NCBI RefSeq assembly: GCF_009834535.1
Contig: NC_045696.1
Span: 44,766,001 to 44,830,000, forward strand
Direction: 5' to 3'
Source: Camelus ferus
Taxonomy: Eukaryota
DNA length: 64,000 nt
Positions 53,223 to 64,000 of this stretch are shown here, in pieces. The translations under genes and the position numbers were made by a program. How positions within the stretch are numbered: the first letter of the stretch is position 1; every line of letters starts with the position of its first letter. The notes below the pieces were generated by a model. The model had not been told where the DNA came from. It made no database searches and worked only from the letters and a program-made list of their open reading frames with translations.

Positions 53223-56200
53223 AAAGTTGTAATTGTGAAAAGTATTTTTGATGGAGAGGAAAGACAGATTTTGAAGTTGGAAAGATGTGATTTGAATTCT
53301 AGCCTTCATTTTATTCATCCAGTAGATTTTTCTTGGTAGTCCACTCTATTATCTCTACTGTGCTAAGGCGTTTGAAATGCATAGATAGAGTGCTACTTTG
53401 CCTGTCAACTGTGTGCCTTGTCTACATTAAAGAGCCTTATTATACCTCTGGTTCCTTATCTGAAAGATGCCTACCTCCTCAGTTATTTGCAATTTTCTGT
53501 TTTGTTTGGAGAAGTCTCTTTTTCTCCAAGAACCTTGTCTACCTTAGTATCCCCGCTGTGCTCAGTCTTGAGTTGGGAACAACTCCTTGAAAGCTTGGCC
53601 CCGAAACAAACATGGTGATGGGTTAGAGTGCAGCAGTTGGGGTCCTTGGTAAATTACATTCCCTGCAATCAGAGGTCTATGAGGTTGTGTTTTAATGTCA
53701 ATTCACAGACATTTTTTTTTTTTTGCTTAAATAATAAAGAGGAAGCATCTATTTAGTTGATGCCTAAATAAGGATGTGAAGATGTGATACACAGGCAGGT
53801 AAGATATGATGCAAACCTTAACAAGCACAGAAAGCCAACTGAATGCAAAAGAGCCATTTTTCTGCTGTAAGAAATTGTTCTCCATATCTAGGTGATTTTT
53901 TGTTTGTTTGTTTGTTTTTTGCCACCTTATGCATGATGGCTAGTCTTCCAGAAATGCTGCAGATCATTAAACCATTTCCTAAATTACAGCATAAACATGG
54001 CACATTTTTAAGTCATGATGGGCCTCAGGGGCTATAAGACAAAGCATTCAGCAAGTTAAAATTTTTGGAGTAAGGAAGAGTTTCAAAGCTGGAGACTGGA
54101 TCAGGTTCAGATTTTAAGGGATCTTTAAAAAATTCCTCTATTCTGACACCCTTGGACATGATAAAACTACCTTTCAATACAGCTTCCTACATTTCTCATC
54201 TCTACTCATTACCTTCCTAAATTCTTTTTCCCATTTTCCTCCTACTCATCAACTAAGAATAATGACTGTCAGGGAAAATGGAATATATGAAAAGTTATTG
54301 TTAATATTAATAGATGACAGTATTGTCTAAGTTCATGCATTTCAGAGTAACTCCACTGAGCTCCCACTGTGGACAAGCTACAATGGCTATTGTTTTCTAT
54401 GCTTTCTTGGTGCTTGAGGTGACATAGGATCTTCTTAAGGCTGGAAGATGATGTCATTTCATTTAACAGATTATTCTGATGTCCTTAAGTGTGTACAACT
54501 ATTTGTTTTTATTTTTTAATTTTTTTAAAGAAAATTTTATCTTTCCTGTGGTTTTAATCTCTTTCGAAAATCATGTCAGACAAATGTTTCTGTTTATCCT
54601 TCCTCCTCAAAGCCAGAAAACGAGATTTCATAGTAAGCTGAGTTTAGTTCTTTACAAAGGGAAAATGCCGTAGAAAGCCATCATTTTCTTCCTGTGACCT
54701 TAACTTACATTATCGACTCCTGTGGGGAGTTGTCAATTAAAAGCATGGAATTTACACAAATCTAAATCTTGGAAATCAGCCAGCAATCTGCACCGAATAT
54801 GTGGGAAAACCTATTAAATAGCTTTTTAACCTTTATTACTTACCATGTTTGATTGTACAAATCTATATCCTCAGGAGACATAGGCAATGCTAATTGGGAT
54901 TCATGTGAAGAAAAGAGCAAAAACCTGTTTCAACCTATGTAAAATTTTTGGTACCTCATTGAATACTTAATGTGGAATATACCAGAAGCAGGCATACTGA
55001 ACAAGACCACTGAACTCAGTCCAGAAGCAGAATTTTACTACTCTGCTCGTTCAGGAGCTCTGACAATTTATTTGCTATTCTCAGTAATTCACTACCACAA
55101 TTATAAGATAAAATTCTCTAATGCTGTTGAATATGACTTTAAATGCTAAAGCAATACAATTAGCACAAGCTGTTATTAACAGAAGCTCTCTGTGAAAACA
55201 ATGATGATCTTATTGGCTAAAAATCTTTGTGATATATTTTTTTCTAAGGCATTTTGAGGACTATCAAAGCTATTAAGAATTTGTAACTTGGGGGTTGGGG
55301 AGTGTTATCAAGGACAGCTTTGATTATGTCAAATCAAGAAGTCTTTTTGTTGTCATGGCATTAAATTATTTGCAGAAAACAAATTTAATAATGTCACAAT
55401 AGCTATGAACTTTCTGAAGACAGGCTCTAGTCTAAATTCGAAAAGTTTCCATTACTTCAGATGATGCAATTAAGGTCTTTTGTGAAGTGTTGTGTCTGCT
55501 TCCTGTTGATAGTGTTTTCATGAATACAGTACAGCTGTTGTCTTGCTAAAATAATTAAATCATGTTCACAATGCAACTTATATGGCAAAATGCACAGGAA
55601 AATGTAACTTTTTACCATTCATACTCTTAAGTAGTTAAACCCCAGATTTTGATGCTGAGGAAATTTTCAGAGCCATGGAGCATAAGTGTATTCATCTTTC
55701 CTTTGCATTACTTTAACCTGGGGGAGTATTCAAATACTGGTTTCTTCCACCTACCTCTTTAGTTAAGCTGGTTCCCAGGTAAAGTCCTCAGGATCTGGAT
55801 ACAGACAATGAACGAACTAATGCTGTAAATTGAATTGGGGAAGAGAAACAGAAGGAAAATAATAATCTACTGATTATTTTCATTGTATTGATTAATTGTC
55901 TGAATGGATTCTCCTTAAAGACAGGGCATCAAGGCCTTGATAATTAGGAGAGAAGTATGACAGTAGGAAATAGTCAATTTTATGAACTTCAGCTTACATA
56001 AATTATTAGTTACATGAATTGCTTTTTATTTTTATAATGAGTAAACTGTAGACTATGAAGGAAAATAAATGTAAGTATTTTCTTTAGTCTCTTTCACTAT
56101 GAAAATCTATTTTGAAATAAAATATAGTATTTTTTTTTTCATGTACAAATTTACAATTTCTGGTTCAGCATATTCCCACTGCCCGCCCCCCACACAGAGC

Positions 56201-56886
56201 ATGATATGTTTTTAAGTGTTTTTATTTGAGTGTCCCCACGAAGGGACCAGTGTCTTGGCACGTTGACAAAGACCCCGCGGCCCAGTCACACTCATCACTG
56301 AGGAATGATGGCTTGGTAACACAGAGCTCTGCTGCAGGACAAATGTGTGGAAATCTCAGTCTCATTCTCAGAACAAATAATGTGAGGAGAGTTGCCAAAG
56401 AAACCCTAAATCCCCATGCTTTCGGTGACATTTCAGATGTAAATCTAGGTCACTGCACTGTTTTGCATGTATGTTATATTCCCTTCAAAAGCTTTTTTTA
56501 AAGCAAAAATAGCTTTCGAGGGGGAGACAATGTTAGAATATGGATTTCCAATGACCACAGTCCCTATCCCTAACCCCCACTTTGCTAACTTCCCTAGGAT
56601 TTCAAGGAATAGTATATGGTCTTCTGGAATGTTCAGTGCAAACTAAAGAATATGGGCTGTGAGAATATGATCCGTAGAGTTCCTCCCAGTGCGCGGCAGT
56701 GGGGCTTTGTTTTACCCATTATTGTTAAACTCCTGCAGCCTTCAGGGTGCTGCAGCGAATTCTGAAATGAATAAAATGTAGACTTTCCCTTCAAACAGGG
56801 TGCAGCACAGTGGAGAAATCACGCTGATAACTTCCCCCTTTTTTGAAAAGATATTGAACTTTTAAATACACGAATAAATATATATG

Positions 56887-56982
56887 TCTAGAATTTAAAC
56901 TCCACGAGAGCAGGATTTTTTTTTTTAATCAGTTGCGTGCCCTAGAACAACGTGGGCACTCAGTAGCCAATGAACGAATGAT
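56887..56982 (+). mobile_element. L2 tail remnant
   Basis: 'ctagaatttaaactccacgagagcagga...cctagaacaacgtgggcactcagtag...aatgaacgaatga'. Confidence 0.7.
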
Positions 56983-57029
56983 AAAACATTATAAATAGTG
57001 AAATATATATACAGAAACAAAGGAAAAAC

Positions 57030-57306
57030 AGTGTAGTTGGCTCTCATTAATTTTCAGTGAGTTTATATAGAGCATCGTGTGGATATACACTGATTTATAT
57101 TTCTGTTTTAATGAACATTTAGGTTCATCCAGTTTTTTAATATTCAAAATAATGCTGTGTGATCTTTGTATATAATCATGCACTCGTGCAAAAACTTTTT
57201 GTAGGATGGATTCTCACTGGTAAAATGACTAGATCAAAGGGTATTCGCATTTTAGAATTTGATAGATACCATCAAATTGTGCTCCCATATGTTCTACTCA
57301 ATTTAG
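57030..57306 (-). mobile_element. Old L1ME-type fragment
   Basis: 'atgaacatttaggtt...aataatgctgtg...gatcaaagggtattcgcattttagaatttgatagatacc'. Confidence 0.75.
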
Positions 57307-57311
57307 AATGA

Positions 57312-57490
57312 ACGTCAAACATTCATTTTTTTATTCAGAGTTACCTTTGACAATCTGATGAAATCTTTGAATTCTCTTTCTGTAAAAACAGATGTTTTAG
57401 TATATCACAATTTGGGGTTTTTTTAAATAACTGTAGAGGATTTATAGACACCCTAATGTCCATTCATGGATCCCAAGTTAAGAAATTCTA
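57312..57490. mobile_element. hAT-Charlie MITE relic (family uncertain)
   Basis: 'cctttgacaatctgatgaaa...tccattcatggatcccaagttaagaaattcta' resembles Charlie-derived MER ends. Confidence 0.55.
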
Positions 57491-58064
57491 ATAATCACAG
57501 TAGAATCTGTATGTTTGCTAATTTAAAATTCACAAGACATTGCTCAAAAATAAAATTAAGGGTCACAAATTAAATCATTTCTGTTGCTTTTAAATCATTT
57601 CTAAATAAAATTTCTGCTAATAATTTAAAAGTGACCCCAAATGGAATCAATGGAATCCAAATGCTAGTGTTGATGATAAATGTAAAGAAAAAGTAAAAAG
57701 ATCTAACAGTTTATTGCATTTTATTAGGAAAATTTTATGTGCATTTATGAATTTGGGAAAACTGGCAGTCTTAGGACATACTCCTTATGAAGATCAAAGA
57801 TCTACTCTGCAGAAATTATTACAATAAAAAACGGAGTCTGCCAGGAGAGAGAAAACCAAGTATCACTCAGTGTGTCTACATGGTTCCTGGCTATGATAAA
57901 CTGGTGAAGTAGTTCTCATCCTCCAATTTATAGAAACTTTTGTTCAGTGTTCAGATCAAATGAAATTTCCTCTAAGAAGCCTTAACCAATATCCCCATGC
58001 TCATTGCTGGAATTCTTTTCTCTGCATGGCCGTACCACTTGGTTTACCTATTAAGCAACTCATA

Positions 58065-58188
58065 CAAATTCTGTCATGTTCCTGGAGGAGCAGGCCTTGT
58101 TATTTTACTATACGTTTCCCCTACAAAGAGTGTCTAGCTCTTTGCCTGTAGTAGGTATTCAGTAAATACTTGTTGCATGATTGAATGT
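58065..58188 (+). mobile_element. L2 tail remnant
   Basis: 'gtagtaggtattcagtaaatacttgttgcatgattgaatg'. Confidence 0.7.
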
Positions 58189-59119
58189 ATAAGTAGCGGA
58201 CTTTTGACATAGGCCTTGAAGGATATGTAGGAATTCAGCCAGGGCAGACAGGCCCAAGGAACAATGATAGAAATGTAGCAGAGATGGGCAAAACCTAAAC
58301 TAATGGGGAAGAATTGTGACTTATCTGTCCTCATAGATCATTCTGTGCTTAGAGTGTAATGAGGCATATGGTAAACTGAGAAGCTAGTTTTCAGCACAGT
58401 AATGTAAGTATTGGTATTTTTAAAACTGTATTGTTTTTACAGATCTCCCTTCTATGACATAATATGGATTATTACATTGACCTGTACTCTACTAAAAAGA
58501 TAAATATTTTGAGCATTATAATATACCAAACTTGGAAGTCGTGTAAAGAACATATATTAAAACATATTCTTGAGTACTAGCAGTATTTTATAATTTAGTA
58601 AGAGGGTCTTTTTCCATCTAAATATTATTCCACAGTGGCATAACCATTTATCTAAAAGATATAATATAGTGCATTTAAGAATTGTAGGAACTAGTGAGAG
58701 AAAGAGAAAGGAAGCATTACTTTTTTTCGTATGCATTTATTTATTTATTTATTTAAGATCAAAGGGTCACACTCTATTGTTTTGTGGCTTATTTTTCATT
58801 CACAACAAGTCTTGATGAAGGAAGAGTTACTCTTTGTCTTATTCGTTGGCATTACACAGTTATACTTCTATTATAATATATGATACTTCTGAAAGGCAAT
58901 GCAGAAAGTGAATTTTGAACAAATGTATTCCTACCTCACATCCAGCAAACACCCAATTTGGCCTCCAACTACCCAAGTTGATGAAAGAAAATTGAAAAAG
59001 AAAAAGGAAGCTGAATAACTGTTTTCTCTGTTTCTCAAAATGACATTAGATTCCATCAGATGTTTTCTCCCACCTGCCATGTATTCCAAGTTACTTGGGA
59101 ATTATAGGTCCTTGTGTCA

Positions 59120-59121
<2 letters not shown>

Positions 59122-59173
<52 letters not shown>
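59122..59173. repeat. (CA)26 microsatellite
   Basis: Perfect dinucleotide run. Confidence 0.98.
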
Positions 59174-59176
<3 letters not shown>

Positions 59177-59724
59177 CAAATCTTACTTGTTATACATTAC
59201 ATGACCTTGACAAAAATTTTAAACTCTAGTGAACTTATGGGAGGTATTATGAGAAAAGATAACCTTGTGTCATTGAATTATAAAATTAAGTTTGGAAGAC
59301 TCTTTAAAAGCATGAGCTTTACCCTCTGTTAGTAGAGCTATGATATTTTATCATATTAAATAAAACATATGTGGTATGTACCTTTAGATAGTATGTTTAT
59401 CAGTACAGTTTGTGCTTGATTATAGTACATGAAGTAGACTTACTGAAACAGTATTTTTTTTGTAATTTCTTGGTTTGGATTGGATCCCAATATTTCAAAG
59501 TCAGAAACTAATCCTCCTATTTTAGTTTAACATAATATGTTTCTGCTAGGAAAACAAATTTGATAATAACCTGATGTTGTTATGTGCCGTTGCTGCCTCT
59601 ATCCCTTCATTCATATTCAGTGATTCTTCAGTTCCACACTAAGATTCTGTTTTACAACAACGATCTCTTTTTTGGAAACTCTAGTTTTATTAAATGAGTG
59701 AAGCCAATCGTTGAAGGTCTAAAC

Positions 59725-59941
59725 CATAGTTCTCAACTAGGTGGGATCTAGGGGAGCAGCTTTGCCTCCCAGAGGTCATTTGTCAGGTCTGAAGACTTTC
59801 TTGTTGTCAAGGCTGGGAGCGGGTGCTACTGTCATCTGGCGGGCAGAGACAGGGATGCTGCTGAACATGCCTAGGCCAGCCCCCGACAGTAAAGATTTAT
59901 CCAGCTCCAAATGTCAGTGGTGGTGAGGCTGAGAAACACTG
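59725..59941 (+). mobile_element. MER20 hAT-Charlie MITE, full length
   Basis: 'gttctcaac...tttgcctccc...gtgctactgtcatctggcgggcagagacagggatgctgctgaacat...aaatgtcagtggtggtgaggctgagaaacactg'. Confidence 0.9.
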
Positions 59942-62051
59942 CCTGTTTTAATTAGAGTTGTACAAATCTTAATTCATTAATAAAGCACACAGGGACACTA
60001 GCATGTTTATCTGTCAAAAATCAGTCAAATAAATATGAAAGGAATTTCTAAGGATAACTCTCATTTTTACCTACTTTGTCCCCCACCATTCATTTGCACA
60101 AATAAAAATTTCTCTAAAATTTCTGTAGACCTGGAATTTAGTTCTCATGTCATGAGCTCTGAGCCAGTTGTAATGTGATTAACCCTTCTATGGCACCTAC
60201 CAGACTTCCAAGCCTAAAGAAAAAAAATGCTTTAAAGCTGATGATGCTATTAAAGTATCAGTGCAATAAAACATAATTAACCACCCTAAATTACAGCATG
60301 TAAAATAGACTCCAATGAATTCTGGGGCTGCTTTATTATATATTATTTGCTATACTTCTGCTTGAAATGTGGGAGCAGATTCTGATTTTTAAGCAACCTC
60401 AACTCAAATGTCTATTTGTCAGTGATGCAAAGAGAATGATGACTCTGACCTTGATCGTCCTTAAGAATTACTTTATATAGAAAAAGAAATTCTCATAAAT
60501 ATGGCCAAAATTATTAGTTTAATTATTTTAATTAGAAATAAAAAGTGTCGCCTAACTTCAAAAGTTTACCAGAGTCTGTTTCAGTGCCTCTTTAAATTAT
60601 TTGCTGTATAAAATGCATAACTATAATTATCTTGTATTTTATGATCACTTGCCTGAGAATTCTGTGTGTCAGAATTATCTGGTCAAGAGACTTACGCTCA
60701 TTTTATTCCCACTGAATTCCCCTATGTAGCCTTTCTAGTTCTATTGGCTTTTTTTCATCTTTAGCTAATAACTCTTCATAAGAATGATTACATAATTGCA
60801 CACTGCTTCTCAGATGTAATACATTTTCATGTTTTATTTTATATCAGGACATTTTGATAGCAACAAATAATTCATAATATTACCTTAAATTTTTAGTACA
60901 CGCTTAACACAGAAAGTGACTTAGCCCAGTTTAGATCTAACATGTCCAGACAGAACTGCATACCCTTGTGCACACACACACATTCTAGTTTTTATATTTA
61001 GCCTCTTTGAGGAAGGACATTATAGACATTCTATATTTCCAGTAGTGTCCAATAATCTCTAGGCTACAAAACCATGAATAATTTAAGCAACTACTATGAT
61101 AGGGAGAAAATTGCAGGGGAATTCTAGTAAACTAAATTTAATTCAGACCTGGCAATTCAAAGATGAAATCTCTTACTTCTGTGGAAAGTATAAACAATTA
61201 CTTGTGTTGGCAGGTCTTTGGGTGTCACTGGCACTTCATCTCAAAGACGGAGACCTCTCTAGAGATCAGGACACTAATTTATCACCAAGTCACAGTTGTC
61301 TTTGCAGTACGTTATCCCTTGGGTGTTAGAGATATTAGCTCTCCCAGACATGCAAGCCCTAGTCTTTCTATCAGATGAACCTGGGGGTCATTATACTCTT
61401 ACCCAAAGAAGAAAGTTGATGATCATAGCAAACTTGAAAATGATTTTTCAAATCATCACGACTGTGGCTCCTAATGCCATCCAACGGATGCCATTCCTTC
61501 TGCCCTCAGTCTGTGGACCAGGGCTTCTGTCTGTAACTGCTGCCCTTTTACCTACTGCCCTCATTAGTGTCACATGTCTTATTTCCCTCGTGTTTGCTAT
61601 GCTGTAAAGAGTCCTGTCCTGGCTAATTTTAGATATCAAACTGTCATGTCACTAAAAGACTCAATCCATAAATGTGCAAATACTTAAAAAAAGACAACTC
61701 TCTGCTTTGTGGTCATCACAAATAAGTAAAAAGGTATTTCATAGTATCATTGGCAAATCACAGTGCACCATCAATCCTTAATTTCTCTTGCAAGAGACAG
61801 GAGAAATGTTCTCTCCTGTAGTTTCATCCATAAACTCATAAAAACGTTTGCTTTGTGTTAGTTTGTCTTCACGTAAGAAAGTGCCATCCAAACACAGATC
61901 CATGAAGACGATATATGACAGCCTTTACAGTATGTGGCAGGATTAAGGATTTTCAAAGTTCCAATGTTGTCAACTCCTCCCTGATTTTCAAAGATGTTAA
62001 TTTAATAACCAAAATGGAAGAGACTCCACAAGATTCAAATGAGAAATCGTC

Positions 62052-62125
62052 TTATTAGATGCCCATTAAGTGCCAGGCATTGTCCCTGGGATACAGAGAT
62101 TAAAAATATATGATCCCTTCCCTGG
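62052..62125 (-). mobile_element. L2 tail remnant
   Basis: 'gtgccaggcattgtccctgggatacagagat...atgatccct'. Confidence 0.6.
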
Positions 62126-62673
62126 TGTAACTGCACTTTCATTATGCTAATACACTGTGTACTTGAAATTCACACAGCTTCAAAATCAGTTATAAAATTT
62201 GGTGTATATATAGTGCATTAAAGTTCTATATGGAAGAGGAAAGAAAAATGATCTATAAGAAAGAGCAAACCATTATATTTTTTGAAAAAGGAATTTTTTT
62301 GTTTCCCTGCACCTAGCAAAGGACTCACCTCATTGGTACCTAAGCTCTGTAAACTGTTTTCATTCCGTGACTGGCCACGAGAGCACCGTCAGTTGTCAAA
62401 AGAATGTGTGTTTTTATAATGCTAAGAGATAACTAGAGTGCATGTCCTGCCATAATTTATAGAATAGATCCAGATCATCTTGGAGTCATTATGTAGTCAA
62501 GTGTCTTGCTATATATACTATTGGAAAACAAAGTATTAAATCACAAAATGGTTTCCATGTCTTGGCAGAACTGCCCCTGTGTAGTGCATGAACAGATCTT
62601 AAAATACATGCTAGCATTTCCACATTTGGGATCCAAAGTATTGTAGAAAACAAGTGAAATAAAGCAATTTCTA

Positions 62674-64000
62674 TTTTTTTTAACATTTTTTATTGAGTTA
62701 TAGTCATTTTACAATGTTGTGTCAAATTCCAGTGTAGAGCACAATTTTTCAGTTATACATGAACATACATATATTCATTGTCACATTTTTTTCTCTGTGA
62801 GCTACCATAAGATCTTGTATATATTTCCCTGTGCTATACAGTATAATCTTGTTTATCTATTCTACATTTTGAAATCCCAGTCTGTCCCTTCCCACCCCCC
62901 ACCCCCTTGGCAACCACAAGTTTGTATTCTATGTCTATGAGTCTGTTTCTGTTTTGTATTTATGTTTTGTTTTGTTTTGTTTTTTTAGATTCCACATATG
63001 AGTGATCTCATATGGTATTTTTCTTTCTCTATCTGGCTTACTTCACTTAGAATGACATTCTCCAGGAACATCCATGTTGCTGCAAATGGTGTTACATTGT
63101 TGGTTTTTATGGCTGAATAGTATTCCATTGTATAAATATACCACACCTTCTTTATCCAGTCATCTGTTGATGGACATTTAGGCTGTTTCCATGTCTTGGC
63201 TATTGTAAATAGTGCTGCTGTGAACATTGGGGTGCAGGTGTCATTTTGAAGTAGGGTTCCTTCTGGATATATGTCCAGGAGCGGGATTCCTGGGTCATAT
63301 GGTATGTCTATTTCTAGTCTTTTGAGGAATCTCCATACTGTTTTCCACAGTGGCTGCACCAAACTGCATCCCCACCAGCAGTGTAGGAGGGTTCCCTTTT
63401 CTCCACAGCCTCTCCAGCATTTGTCATTTGTGGACTTTTGAATGATGGCCATTCTAACTGGTATGAGGTGATACCTCATTGTAGTTTTGATTTGCATTTC
63501 TCTGATAATTAGTGATATTGAGCATTTTTACATGTGCCTATTGATCATTTGTATGTCTTCCTTGGAGAATTGCTTGTTTAGGTCTTCTGCCCATTTTTGG
63601 ATTGGGTTGTTTGTTTTTTTCTTATTAAGTTGTATGAGCTGCTCATATATTCTGGAGATCAAGCCTTTGTCAGTTTCATTTGCAAAAATTTTCTCCCATT
63701 CCATACGTTGTCTTTTTGTTTTACTTATGGTTTCCTTTGCTGTGCAGAAGCTTGTAAGTTTCATCAGGTCCCATTTGTTTATTCTTGCTTTTCTTTCTAT
63801 TGCTTGCGTAGACTGCCCTAGGAGAACATTTTTGAGATGTATATCAGATAATATTTTGCCTATATTTTCTTCTAGGAGGTTTATTGTATCTTGTCTTATG
63901 TTTAAATCGTTGATCCATTTTGAGTTGATTTTTGTGTATGGTGTAAGGGAGTGTTCTAGCTTCACTGATTTACATGCTGCTGTCCAGTTTTCTCAATACC
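62674..64000 (-). mobile_element. Relatively young LINE-1, ORF2 C-terminal part plus 3' UTR; continues past the window end
   Basis: ORFs 63528-63965 and 62985-63497 lie in one frame and give the ORF2p C-terminus with an intact CCHC motif ([18 protein letters not shown]). In-frame stops at 63528-63530 and 63993-63995. Poly-T at 62674. Confidence 0.97.

Noticed and set aside
1..64000. CRISPR array, operon or other novel multi-gene system
   Set aside because: No regularly spaced repeat-spacer array, no gene-dense region and no intact RT or nuclease ORF. The RT/EN traces are ordinary decayed L1 and L2.

Overview
AT-rich, CpG-depleted placental mammal genomic DNA, most likely from a camelid (alpaca/llama/camel). 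The assignment rests on a tRNA-Ala-derived vic-1-type SINE with a perfect 12-bp target-site duplication at about 26.8-27.0 kb. I find no recognisable host protein-coding exon, RNA gene, CpG island or CRISPR-like array. The recognisable ORFs in the track are LINE fossils (L1 ORF2, L2 RT) or microsatellite read-through; the rest look like chance ORFs. The window is an intron-like or intergenic stretch containing about 12 L1 fragments of several ages, many L2 and MIR relics, MLT1 LTRs, a Tigger7/MER44-type element, hAT MITEs and microsatellites. Between them lie repeat-free blocks with enhancer-like features. I do not see a new biological system. The most informative signals are a strong minus-strand bias of L1s (suggesting an unseen + strand host transcript), a probable twin-primed inverted L1, three nested insertion stacks, several CpG-retaining motif-rich blocks and a pre-miRNA-sized hairpin. 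Repeat family names come from my recall of consensus sequences and boundaries are approximate; both need RepeatMasker/Dfam confirmation.
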